Shown here piece by piece: positions 1 to 37,300 of a stretch of 64,000 nt of DNA. Each line of letters begins with the position of its first letter. Position 1 is the stretch's first letter. Position numbers and translations under genes: made by a program. The notes under the pieces are model-generated. The model had not been told where the DNA came from, did not search any database, and saw nothing but the letters and a program-made list of their open reading frames with translations. Origin of the DNA: Chrysemys picta bellii (Eukaryota); contig NC_088798.1 of assembly GCF_011386835.1 (NCBI RefSeq), forward strand, positions 86,552,001-86,616,000, in the 5' to 3' direction.

Positions 1-23821
<23,821 letters not shown>

Positions 23822-24200
23822 ACTTCAGCACCGCGGTCAGGACTCCCAGATAGCCTTCTGCCTAGTCAACTGGAGCAAGTTCCATAGCCCATCTTTTCCT
23901 CTCTCTCCTGGTAATTCCCGGTGGTTTATGATCTAAAAGTGCAGTTGTGCGGATGGAGTTGTTTGTTTTCTCCCTCTTCTGGTTCTGCACCCTCTTGTGC
24001 GTGTGTGTGCGCGCGGTTTGATTTCCACGCCGCGGTTCAGCCTCGTCTGACTGTTTCAGTTGGGGAATTAGAGTTTGAAGGGACGGTGCACGGTCGGAGA
24101 GCAGTGACAATAATCGAATAAGGCATTAGGGGAGATTAAAAGGAAGAAATCCACTGCTAGTTTTGGCATGGAATTAGCAGGGACCCGTTAGGAAATCTGG
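23822..24200 (-). promoter_or_regulatory. GABRA6 5' UTR / proximal promoter region
   Basis: Directly upstream of the ATG; locally CpG-richer; 20-nt alternating purine-pyrimidine tract at 23996-24015; TTGGCA NFI half-site at 24163-24168. The TSS cannot be determined from sequence. Confidence 0.5.
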
Positions 24201-27025
24201 AAAAGCGCTGGCATCTTGCTGATAGAGATTATGTTAGAAATGGCCTCAGCTTTTATTATTTTTGTGGTTCACAGAGAGATTATTATGCAGCTTCTGCATC
24301 ATTAGAACTTTAAAAAAAATCTACGATTTTCCAGTAGGCTGTTTTCTGACCTTTTCCAACAGATTTAACTGTGACAAGGCCTTTCAACCTATCATAGGGT
24401 TTCTTGAATCCCCCATTAATATGTATATGTTCACCCTTCAAAGCTGGTTTTCTTTTTTAATACTGGTCTTTATTGGGGAGTTGCATGGAACTATTTATAT
24501 TCAGATTTTAAACCAGAGCATTAGGAAACATGCTACTTTTGCCAGGATTGGTGTTATCCCATTTTAAATACCAGGGTTTATGTATCACTGCTAATGTTGT
24601 AATGATAGGTATTACTGATTGGATCATTAAGGATCACATTCTTCAACAATTGTGTTAATATAGCCAGATCTAAAGGAAAGTAAGATCAGGCCTCTCTTTC
24701 AGTGATATTATTACTTCTTCTAAAGCCACTAAATGATATAGCTGGCATGCATGTATTTAGCTCTGTTATAAATAAAACAACTAGATGTCTTGTCTCCTAA
24801 TAGCAATAAGCGGGGACAACAAGTCACTGGATCAAAGCAGACTAATTCTTTGTAACATTTTGTTGCTTAAAATACATTTCCTTCACTGAGGCCATAAGCA
24901 TATATATTTAAATTCCCATTGATAGACCCAATGCAGTGTGATTCTATGAGGCTGGTGGAGGTGAGTGTTCATGTCACAGTAGAGATCTTTCTTTAATTAT
25001 ATGTAGTCTAACAGTTGATTTGATTATTAGGTATTCCCCCACCCCCTTGAAGTTTTGGGTTCAACAAAAAAGGGTAAAAATGCTCTAAACTATATAATTG
25101 CTAACAAAATGAATGATCTATTGTCATTTAGAGACCTTTTTGCGTGAAATTATGTGAGAATGGGACTATCTAGCCTATAAACATAACAGTAAGTGTATTA
25201 AGTATTAAAGGGATTCACTGTATGGAACAGAGAAATCAGAAAATCAAAGCTACCATGCCATGGGGGTTTTATTCCCTCTCAGGATCGCTAACCAGGGTTC
25301 CAGGCCCACCACTTTGAAAGTCCCCCTATTTCTCTAATACACTTGATTTCGCTGGCATGTTCTCTACAGCTTTTATGTGCATCCACTCTAGTCAGAACAT
25401 TAAAACTGCATTTAGCCCTTAAACACCACTAATACCCATTTTTAGCAAACATGCTTCCATTAGTATTAAATATGTAAACACCTCTGTCTTAACAATTTTT
25501 TTTGGCTCTGCTGTGAGACTTTGTTATATTCAGTGCACGGCTATTTACATCAGGACCACTGCCTGGAATGGTATCTTTTCACCTGCTGCATAAGGAAAGA
25601 AAGCAGTTGCTCCAAAATAAAAGCAAGAGCACCTTCTCAGATTGCTTACTCCCTGAGTGTTCAAACAGAAATCATAAAACGACTTGAACCTTGAGATGAT
25701 GGCTAAAGCACAGGGCATTCATTCTCCAGAAATGCCTTGTACATATCAACTGAAACTACATCTCACATAAAAAATACATAAATCCAATTTTGACTCTTTC
25801 TTTTTTTAATTTATAATAACAGGTACTTCAAGGCAAGGCACTTCCTGGGGATTAATGGTTCAGTGCTGCAGTGCCATTGGCTCCTCCCAGTCACTCATTA
25901 ATCCCCAGAAATGCCTGCACCTTGTTCTTATTGCTTAAATAGAGCAAAAATGTTTTCTTATTAATCAAATCAAGTACTGCAATGTTGAGTACTCTTCAGT
26001 CCAGTTCAAAACAAGGTTTTTAATGTATAAAGTGGAAGGACAAGGCGATTCGGGGGGGGGTCAGGACATGGGTTAGATGAAGGGGAGAATGCTGTCTCCA
26101 GAAAATGGACATGACTAGTATTCTCGCTTCTTGATCCAACTCTAACTAGTACCAGTAGTCAGGCCATTTGTAGTATGACTCTGCCGTCAGTGGAGCAGTG
26201 ATCAAGACACTAGTGGCCTCCCTCTCTCACCAATCCTGCTCTATCCATATGGCAGGAGCTACCAGCAGTTTTCTCTATTAACGCTCCATTCCTCTGGGGA
26301 GCCAAACTCCATTTGTTCCCCTTAAGAGACCTTCACTGCTACAGATCCTGGTGACATATACTACCTCGGTATATTTAATTCATTAACACGGTTAGATCAA
26401 TGTCTTCCAATGTGGCTGCTGATTTTGGGGTGCCTCAGTTTCATAAGCCTAGGGCCTGATTTTTCAGAAGCGCTGAGCACCCATGACTCATGGAATTTTG
26501 TGGGGGCTGCAGATGCCCAGAACTTTTGAAAATCAGGTCTCCCCAAAACTGAGACACCCAAAATGTGTGCATACTTTTGGAAATTCAGTTTTAGGTATAT
26601 CCATGGTATAGAAAAATTATTAGATCATTTATTGGTCAGAAACATTTGTAAGTTGTTGATGCAACATGTGAGCAAACTAAATTGATTAAAATCTTATGAG
26701 ATAAATTTCGGTAGGCATAATGCATATGTCTCTCTATTTCAGGCAACGACAGGTGAAGGCACAGAAAAGGCTATGGACAGAGACAGAGTAGAGAGTCAAA
26801 AACATCTCAGTATTTGACAGAGAGAAAATTCAAATTACACAGTAATTTTAGCCCAAATTTGAAACACCTCCTCACATGGACTATCCTTAATTATGTGAGC
26901 CATCCTACTGACTTCAATAGTTTATTTGTGTGAGTAAGGTCTTCTCATGTGAGTAGCAGTTGCAAGACAAGGGCCTACATTAGTATTGCTGTCTGGAGGA
27001 GCATTTCCTGGTTTTGACTGGCATG

Positions 27026-27149
27026 TAGGGTGACCAGATGTCCCAATTTTATAGGGACAGTCCCGATTTTTGGGTCTTTTTCTTATATAGGGTCCTATTA
27101 TCTCCCACCCCCGTCCCAATTTTTCACCCTTGCTGTCTGGTCAACCCTA
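27026..27149. mobile_element. hAT MITE (TAGGGTGACC family), opposite orientation to the 22058 copy
   Basis: Internal sequence is the reverse complement of the 22058 element; 8-bp TSD CTGGCATG/CTGGTATG. Confidence 0.88.
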
Positions 27150-28005
27150 CTGGTATGCTAGCTAGTGAGAGTGCTCTGCTCTGGTGCCTTTGTTTCTATT
27201 GTCCTTTTCAGAGCATGGGGTATTTTTCTCCCTTTTTCCTATTGGAAAACTTTTCCCACTTCTCTTCCTCAAAACCCTATGTCATGGCAAGCTTCCTAGG
27301 TCAAGCAGAGCTGGATGAGATTCCATTCAATGCCTACTCACAACATAGCCACAGAAATTGATGCAGAGTTACAAAAGGCATTTGATTGAATGTGCTAGCT
27401 TTGAAATGCTCCAAATCTCTGCCAGCTGAGAGACAAAGAGATCCTCAGGGTTAGAGCCTGCCCTACACCAGGGACTGTTCCACAAATCCAAAGTTGCCCT
27501 AAAGCTGTCTTACACAGTCACCCAGCATAGCTCCTATGGTTCCTTTCTCCCTGCAGCAACTGCAGGGAGGATGGCAGGGAAAAAGGGAGTATGAACATGG
27601 CCCTTGGCAGCTGGCAGAAGTTAGAGCAGCATTAAGTCTGTTCTAACCTGCACTAACAGACCAGCCCAACAGAGCGCAGCCTTGGGATTACAAGAGCACA
27701 AAGCCTTCTCTGAACCAATTCTCTCCCTTCAGTTGCACCAAACACTCCTCAGCTGTTGCCTAAACCTGTAGGTGCCTACATTCCCTAGGCACCTAGATAT
27801 CTGCCATTAGGCAGGCGCACAGCTGCCCCTGTCCTATGCCCACTTGCCTCACTCAAACGTAAACCATGGTAGGATCCTCGAATTAAGTATTCCTCTGCCT
27901 ATCTTGCCTGCAGGACCCGATCTGGTAGGCCTGCTCAGAGGCCATGTAACAAGTTGGCACGTGTACAAAATGCCAGAGGAGGAGATGCTGTTATAATCTT
28001 TAAAC

Positions 28006-28149
28006 CAGTGTTTAGGGCAGGGCTTGCCAGGCCTGAGCCCTGGCACCCCTAGGCTTGACAGTTCATAGCCCTGGCACCTCTGGGCTTGCCATGTCAGTTA
28101 TAAAAGTTGCTTGAGCCCTGGCACCTCTTTCATTACAAATTAAGCATTG
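28006..28149. mobile_element. Probable short DNA-transposon MITE with internal gagccctggcacc repeats
   Basis: Ends cagtgttt...taagcattg; three copies of (g/t)agccctggcacc; no clear TSD. Confidence 0.45.
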
Positions 28150-30068
28150 GGTGAGTCCACTCATCCAGGATGTGGAAGAGCCAGGGTTGCCTGCCTGATG
28201 TAGAGCTGGGATTTGAACTCACATCTCCCATTTCTCAGAAAGTGCCCTACGTCTGTGGGATATTCTGGGGTGGATGTTTCTCAGTCTTGCCCGTTGAATA
28301 TGTTCCACTTTGTGTAAATAGTCATTGGAGCAGAGACATGAACTGGGGTTTCCGACACCCCAGGTAAGTGTTCTAACCACTAGGATACAGCATCATTCTC
28401 TGAGGCCTTCTCTGGCCTAATGACTATTTAATTAAGGGTGGCACCAACCCCTCCATTTTTTACAAAAAAAAAAAAAAGGCTTATGCACCAAACTCTAGCA
28501 AAGAGCTCCTGGCTGTGAATACCAAGCGGAGCTAGGCGCTTGCTTCTGACTCGGACTTAAGTATCTAAATCCCTCTGAGGCCTCCGTCCCACCCCTCTCC
28601 TCTTCTGTTGGTTAGGTTAGGCAGCTCTTCGCTCAACTTGTTGGCTTTTGTGAATCCTATTCTTAGTTGCATAACTCTCCCATGCATTCAACAGGGAGCC
28701 TTGGCACCTGCTATGGAGTCCACTAGGCAACAGGGCGCCTAAAGTTTGGCATTGCAACTTTGAGGAAAGGTCTTTTTGTCAGTCTAGCCCTTTTTAGATC
28801 AAAAGTTTGGAAACCTGATAAGAAAAATGAACTGACTATCTGGGAAACTGGCAACAGCTGGCGCTTTGGATAGCAACATTGTAAGTGTGGAGGCACAGTT
28901 TCACTCTCCAGCTGTCTACGTTATCACCTTATGGAACATCATTAAAACTGTGATGAAAAATAATGCATCTGAGTCACTAGAGCAACAATACCCCTGAAAG
29001 TGAATGAGTTTCTTGTCTGCCTAAAGGAGGTGCGGGAGACAATTGGACATGTGCAGACAAGTTCCTAACTTCCTGAGAGAAGGTTTTGGAACCAGAGCCA
29101 TGAAATGGAAATCTATCTAGATGACTAGCCTGACTGAAGCGATTGTGGCAGCTCATGGGTTAAAGTACCAAAACTGACACAAAACCCACAGGATTCCAAT
29201 TACGTTTCCAATATTTGCTGTTATAAAAATGCTACAGGTGGCTAATGTAGGAGCCATTCAGCTCTGGAGAAAGGAGATGCCTACTATTTGTTTTTCCTCC
29301 TCCATCATTTACCTTGCAAGGAAAATGATTCTGCACATACCTGTATTTAAATAAGGGGCAAAGATGGTGTCTTTTCAGATCACAAAATTCATTTGCTTCT
29401 AGAGTTGAAGGAAAAAATGGGAAAACTCTTCATGAAAAATGTGTCCTTTTTTGTCAACATTTTTTAGATTTTGAAATGTTTGACCAGCTCTATTTATTTA
29501 CCAGTGAAGAAACCCCTCTCCATTTTAGATACTGTATGGTATACATGTAGCTAAAGATCAAGGTCCATGCTTGTAAAATTCCATGTAAATGAGATTCGTG
29601 TTCCTGTTCTGGCTTCTTTATGTCACAAAACAGCCTTAAAGCTTTACGGTTTATCCTTGCTTGCGACAGTCCTGAAGTGTTATATAGCTCCCACATTGTC
29701 TCCTATGCCGGCTTACAGCTGGAAGATGGTAACTGATGGCAGAATGATCATGCTCCCATGGGAGGTGGAGAGAGGGCAAAGCAAAGCAAGCTTTTAATAT
29801 GTATAAACTTGCTCCTTCCCTAAGACTGAGCCAAGCTCCTGTGATATAACGTTGGCAGACTGTTTGCCCCCCTCCCCCATTTGTTAAACAGCTTTGGCCT
29901 GAGTTTGTGAGACAGACACAAAGATATATTTGGTGGGAATGTTCTTTCAACACTATGGTAACGTAATATTAAATGGGGAAAAAACTGTTCCACCAGCCAT
30001 GATAACTTGGCTGTGTGTCATTAATAATTTATTATTATTATAATATATAGTGCTGTACCTTTACACAG

Positions 30069-30200
30069 GTTTCAGAGTGGCAGCCATGTTAGTCTGTATC
30101 TGCAAAAAGAACAGGAGTACTTGTGGCACCTTAGAGACTAACAAATTTTAAATTTAAATTTGTTAGTCTCTAAGGTGCCACAAGTACTCCTGTTCTTTTT
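30069..30200 (+). mobile_element. Penelope-like element remnant forming a 45-bp perfect palindrome
   Basis: gtttcagagtggcagccatgttagtctgtatc followed by arms 30104-30148 and 30156-30200; 12-bp TSD ACCTTTACACAG. Confidence 0.8.
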
Positions 30201-31889
30201 ACCTTTACACAGTTCTTCATAAATACAGAATAAGATTTGGTCCCTATTCTGAATTGCTTAATCTGCAGGGGAGCAGAAACCTAGGCATTATGATGGAGCA
30301 GGAATGCAAATGGGAGAAGATGGTTCTACTGTGAATTCTCTGTTTCCTCCTGAACCTAAGTAAACTATTCATGGTGGCCAGAAAGCCCCAGCTCCACGGA
30401 GCAAGAGGAATTGGACTCTCTCTATATGATTGTTGGCCCAGCATAGGTTAATGCTGATTGAGTCAGGATTAACTTGTGCAGGTCCCCCATGTGTAATCTG
30501 TTTATCTACTTAGCTGTGTAATGCCGCAATCAGCGTGGTATTCGGGCACTAGGTGATGGTGAAAGCCTCCCACACCTCTCAGGTTTATGGCAACAGCAAC
30601 TGTTGTGGGAGGCCCTAACAGCCCAGTTTCATTGTTAGGCTGCCATAGAACTTGATGCAAGCTGAAGTAGTGTTAAGTGGTAGCAACCCCTGTCATGTAA
30701 CAATGCTAGTGGAGTGGCTTTCTTTTAACATGGGGCTGGAACTGTATTAGAATATAGGAAAAGGTATTAGTCCTAGAGCTCCTCCCTCTCGCTCTGCTTC
30801 ACTGCCCATCTTCAGCCTAGAATTTTCCCCAGCCACTCCAGCTATTGTCATACTTCAGATTTAAAGAAACAGTACATTTACTCCACCCCTGCTCCCATTC
30901 CCCCCGGTACCACCCCCTCCCCTAAAGATCTGTGGTTTTATGAAGTCAACTGTCCTGCCACTTCTGCTGGGAGAAAACCTATACACATACAGCAATGAAA
31001 GCGTAAAATGAATGAATCCAAACTCAGTTTCTGATCCCCATGTGACAATGGTAATATGGGGCTCTCAGTTTGGTTACAAAACATGTTGACACTTAAAAAT
31101 TTGAAGAATGTCTCTCTTCTATTCATATTTGCAACTGTAGCTATATCATTTATGCATAATATAAAAATAAAACATATTCAGTACAGAATCTGAGACAGGG
31201 CAAGATACTGTAATATGACAAGCAATTCAAGTGTTTCCTTAACAGATTACTATTCTTGTAAGATACTCTTTTATTGGATACATTTTTCCAATAGTTGTGC
31301 ATTTAGATATGGAGACGTAAGGGCCTGAAAATTATTTTGTGTGAGCAAGATCTTTATTAATAAAACATTAATCACCATGTTTTTACATAATATCGCTTTT
31401 TTATACATAATAAAAGCTTACAGTTAAGTTTTCAGAATGATTTCATTTATTACTCTTTTTTCAGATGCTAATAATTTTCTCATAAATTTACCTCTTCAGA
31501 TCAAATTTTCTACAGTTGGTTTCTGTCCAAAAGTATGAGGGAAACTCTTGTAGCCTTAGAATTGGAGGAAGGTGAAATAGATTTATTTTTTTTTAGAAAA
31601 GAGGAAATAATTATTAATTCTAAAGCATGTTTTTTGAGACATTGATCTGAATAAAATAGACTTTTGAAAGTGGAAATTAGACCTAATTAGTCTTCTACAG
31701 GAGTAATGTTCTGCTGGTTCAAGGTAAAAATGATTTTAATTAGGTAAAATTAAGACTGTTTGGAATCTGACCACGCACACAGCAATTTTTTTTTAAGTAT
31801 ACAAGTGAATGCTTCCAGATAGATTAATTACACAGAAAGGCAGAGGGTGTGTTTCAAAAGTGCCTAAATGACTTAGGAGCCTAAGCCTG

Positions 31890-34320
31890 TATTCTATATA
31901 TATTTTTATACCATGCTCAACACCATAGTATCCGAGTGCTTTCCATGAGTGCATTAAACACCATAACTACACATCCTCTCACCAGAGAAAGAATCACATG
32001 GAATGGAATGTTTTGTTTTGGTAAGTTATATATATCTGTTCCTGTGTATTTATATTAGAGAAGACAAGTTGAAATAAATGAGCCTTCCACTTGGAGCAGA
32101 AAGTAGTGAGATTTGTGATAGTCCTTAGTTCCTGAGGGGGAGTTCATTCCATAGTCTTGGACCACCCCTGGAGAAGGTTCTGTCTCCCACACAAATGAGT
32201 TTTACTCTTATTATTGAGAGTTCCATTGCGTCAGAAGAGTGAAGTTGTCAACAACAGTCTTTGTCCCACAACCTTAAACAGTCTTAAGTATCCTGGGCCC
32301 AGGCCATGGAGCGCTTTGAAGATAAGGACCAAGACCTTGAACTTGATTTGAAATTCTATAGGAAGCCAGTGAAGAGAGCTGAGGACAGACTTGATGTGCT
32401 CACAGTAGCCTCTGTTCCTGAGGAGACGTGCTGCAGCATTTTGTACTAGTTGGAATTTCCTCAGTGCTGAAGATTTTATGCCCAGCTATAACACGTTGCT
32501 GTAGTCCAACTGAGAGGTGACAAAGGCATGAAGAACTGAGGCCAGATCTTCATCCACCAGTGTGGCACAGACTCTCCTAGCCAACCAGAGATGGTAGATA
32601 GCATTACTCAATGTGAGAACTGAACATCAGTGAGGAATCCAAGAGTACTTCTAGACCAGGGACTGAATTGACTGACTGTGGATGTGAACCTTCACTCAAA
32701 GGAGACTGTACTGTCACTGAAAACTCCTCAAAATACTTTCATCTGCCCACCAGCATCACCTCTCTTTTGCTCAGGTTCAACTTCAGACAGCTTTTCTTCA
32801 TCCATGAGCTGATCTCATCCAAGCACTGGGCTGATAGTGGTCTGGCTTTATGTGGTGAAGGATAAGTAGTGCTGTGTGTCACCCGCATATTATTGGCACT
32901 TGAGTCCATGTCCTCTGACCAATTCATCTAGTGGCTGCATGTACATGTTGAAAAGGACCAGAGAGAAAATTAATCCTTGTGGAACCTCACAGTCGCAGGG
33001 GTCTAGTGGTGGAGGTGCAGTTTCCATCACTATTCTTTGTGTGTCCCCCCTCCACCTCAGGAAGGACTCAAACCATTTTATTTCATTACTCTAGACTCCT
33101 GCCACTTCTCTCAGGTGAGACAGTGGTATAATGCTGCAGAAAGGTCCAGGAGGGTAAAAAATGCAAGTCTGTCCTCTACCCAATGACAGGAGAAAACCAT
33201 CCATCAGTGCCACTAAAGCAGACCCCTATCATGTCCTGAATCCAGATTGTGTTGAGATGTTATTTTCAGTTAGATGAGCTTGTAGTTGGCCCTTGGGTAG
33301 CTTCTCTATGTGCTTGCTCAGGAATTGACAGGTTTGACACTGGGAAATAGCTGGCTAGGAGTGAAATATCTAGGAGAGAGTTTCTTCAGTGTTTGAAGGA
33401 GGAAGGGAAGATTCCTTCTCTGAATAAGGCATCGGCTATTTTGGTCAGGAGTGGTCTCAGTTGTTCATGACTCTTTCACAAGCCAGGAAGGGCATGGGTC
33501 AGATTCACAAGTCTTGGGTTGGGACTCTTTTAGGGTGTTCAGAAGAGTTCCTGAATGTGCATGATCTTTCAATGAAGTAGGATGATTCATGTGGTAGGCA
33601 CTCAGGATTGCTGGAGCAATTTACCCGCCAGATAGCTTCTTGGGTGGGATTTGGCAGCCTCGGTGGAGGCTGATAGGAAGGTTCTCTAGGCCTGTAATAC
33701 AGCTTCAGCATAGGCTTTGAGGAATCCATTATGTTTCATCCTGTCTGAATCAACCTCTGTTTTCCACCATTGATGCTTGAGTTTCCAACTCTCTCTCTTC
33801 ATCCAGCATAGGGTGTCAGAAAACCAAGGAGAGATCTGTGTGAGCAACGAGGAGGAAGGAGCAGTTTGGGGGACAATGTGTCAATGTCCAATGCCAGTGT
33901 AGAATGGTAATGATTCACCAGGTTCTCAACTCCTTATCCTGTGAATGGGGTACTGTTGTACTTTAGCAGGCTTTCAAGCTTATTGGAGTCCATGAGTCTT
34001 TGTGATCAGATCAGGATCTTTCTTGTTGCCTGAGCATTGGAAGGTCTCTGATTACTGCCTTTATGAGGTAATGGTTTGTCTAAGACAGTGAGTGGGTTGT
34101 AATATCCTTTATCTTGATATCTAGGCTGAAGTTCAGGCTGTGTGTATTGGGCCAAAGATGACTCTGAAAACCCAAGGGACACAAGTGAGGAGATGAGGTT
34201 TTGGGTTTCTGCATCTGCACCATTGTCAATATGAGTGTTGAAATCCCCCACGATGACAAGTCTAGGGTATTTCACTACCATTGCCGACAAATCCCATTGG
34301 ACTTAGACTCCTAAGTGACA
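31890..34320 (-). mobile_element. Degraded L2-like LINE (endonuclease + reverse transcriptase remnants)
   Basis: Minus-strand fragments LVIVGDFNTHID (APE endonuclease), VPQGLIFSLVLFNMYMQPLDEL (RT) and CLDEISSWMKKSCLKLNLSK.EVML (RT C-terminus), broken by stops and frameshifts; boundaries approximate. Confidence 0.8.
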
Positions 34321-37300
34321 TAGGTGCTTTTGGAAATGGGATATAGGCTCTGAAGTCATTTAGGATATTTTCAAACATGTCATGTAAAGATTTATCTTAC
34401 ATGAATGCATCCCCAAAAGCATGGAAAGTCCTGAAGGATCAGTCCTTGTGTCTTGCTCTTCACTATAGTATCAGAGTGTCTGCATAAGTGTGTGCCACTT
34501 GGGAAGTGTGTATATTTATTACAGTGTATTAAGACTGCAGCTGTGCAAAGTGTACAGCCTGTCCAAATGCTGCATTTGAACCTGGAATCTTCTGGCCCCA
34601 GCTTCTTAAGTTTTCCCCCAAAATATTGTTTATTTCAATGTGCAACCATTGAATTTCCTGGACTCTTTGTCTTTTCACAGCAGAATGCACTAAGTTATCT
34701 GGTGTCAGAGAAATGTTAAATTGTTGACTTCACAGTGAGTCCTCCAGATGCTCTGTGGCTTCCCCAGTCTCCAAGTAGATTCCAGGTCAACCCTATGTCA
34801 GGGTCTGAGCTAGCAGACAAAATATAATGCGGTACTTCTTATTCCTGTTTTTCTTGTTGTCTTCCTATATTTCTATTTATTTTTAAATAAATGCATATAC
34901 CATAAGTTACACAGCATGTGCAATGAGACCAAATTAATGTTGCTGCAGGGACACCAACTTTTGAATCTTCTAACTTCTTATTTTATTTGTACAACTTAAT
35001 TTTTGCACTAATATATAATATTGAATTTATAATTCATAATGGAGATCCATTGAATTAGTGCCAAACTGCTTTGAGGCAAGCAAAAACAAAGGCTTTGAAA
35101 ACAGAACAACCTGAATATACAAAAGTAATCATTTAATTATTACTATTAATTTGTCACATCATTGGACTCAATTTGTCTAGTCTGAAGGGACAAGCTCCTC
35201 AAGTTTTTTCAGGTTTATGAAAGATGGGAAGCAATGTAACTTTAATCCATCAAAAACAGTTCCTCAGAAGTAACATACTTTTAAATCCAACTGCTAATAC
35301 TAAACATTTATTCTGATCTTCAGCTATATAAAACATTTCTGAAGTGTTTGCAAATTCATTGCCTACATATTTTCCTGAATAACCAATCTTCAAAAAAGAG
35401 GATGATCTTATTTTCTAACAAGGATTATGTACTATTTATGCTCTTTTATTTAATATTTGTTTCCAGAATAAATCAGTGAAGATGCATTGAGGCAATGTTT
35501 GCTTGTACTGTATTTCAGAAATTAAATGTATGGATTGAATGAATTATAAATATGTTTACACAAATTTTATTCAAACATACTGTACCATAAAATTCAAAAT
35601 GTACGAGTGATCTGACTACATAACATGATGATGGTGGTTTGATTTAGGAAAGGTGAAACATTTCAACATTGTAATACATTTACAATTTATGCTCCCTTTA
35701 AGTGGAAATCACATTCAAAGATGTACAACATATCTGCTTTATATTTTTCTATTTTATATATGAGTAACATAATTGAGTATTTCTCATAATATTGCAAAAT
35801 TTTTAACTGACTCATGCAAGCCCAATGAAGGCTATTCAGAGTGAGCTATTCAAACAAAGTGTGCAAGGATCCCAAAAGGAGACACTGACACAGTTTTAAC
35901 AGGAATGCTTCATTAGAGCCAGTAATATCTCTAACCCACATGGCTGACACTAGGTCTGCACCTAATGTTGAATTGCCCAAGGCTCTGTGATTTTTGTAAG
36001 GAGGGGAGGAAGGGCTGAGGGAGCATTTTGTCAAGACCTGACCCTGACCTATCTAGCTGCCAAACCCTACCACCCTTTGCTGTGGAATGCAGATTGTGGA
36101 AGGGCAGGAAGTGTTGTATATCTTATTTCACACAGGGCACTGCAAAATCTAGGGATGGTGCAGCTATCCGTCCCTGCCACCATCCTCACAATGTATCAAC
36201 ACAGAGCAAAAGCAGAGCTTCTATTAGTCAAGGGTCAAATGTAAGCACGAGTATTCTAGAAGAAGCCATAATAGGAGAAGTTTAAGGGCCACAGTGAAGT
36301 TAATCCTCAGGGCGGAGATGGCAGAGCTCCCAGATGTTTCATTATAATGTCTTAGATATACACACACCAGGTAAGGAGAGCACAGAAATGGGGAAGAAAA
36401 AAAAACTTATGCATCTGATTCCACCTCCAGAAGTGACACAGACATTTGTATCTCAAGATGCAGCCCCCTGAGCTCTTTACATTGATATTGACAGCATATT
36501 AGTCTCTAATGCCTGAATAATAAAGCAATTTTAAAAGTCATTTTTATCCAGGGTGTTGGTGTTTGATGTTGCATGTCTTGACAAGATACTAGTGAATGTG
36601 ACCGTGGGTAGGTCCAGTATGGTAGTTACTTATCGTTGGCTGGGCTGTTTAACCAATGCAACACATACGTAAGCTGTATCTGAGAAGAATGCACCCAGAA
36701 CTCCATAGGACCAATCATATGTGCAGTAGAATTTATTACTGATTTCTTAGAGTAATTGAATGTTAGAACCTTCAATCAAATTGTTTCATTCACATCCTTG
36801 GGAGTTTTAGAATATATTGTTATTACCTAAATTTGCAAAGAATTAAGATGATCTGAGGTTACCAGAGGTTGCTTGAAGAAAGATAACGTTGTACAATGGA
36901 AAGAAAAGAAGCACTGAAACAGAGGAGAGATATTAACTAAATATGTAAGGAAATACTCATATGAGTTCAGAGAGTGAAATATTAATAAATGCAACATATT
37001 ATACACTATATTTTAAGACATTTCTAGCCCCATATGTGTTCATTATATTCTGACCTAGTATAGTAAATAAAATAAGCATATTATATATTAACTATCAAAA
37101 GGATTTAAGAGAAACCAAGGGAAAGATATAAGAAAAAAGGAAAATCCATAATTCACCTGTCAGCAAAAATACAATTAAAAAAACTTCATCTCCCAATCAG
37201 TCATTAAAAAGCTAACTTGGTTATATAGTTTTACATCAAAGGTTATCTTCTTCCCTAATGCTATGCTGGCATCTTCCATTGACTACAATGGAAGCAAAAC

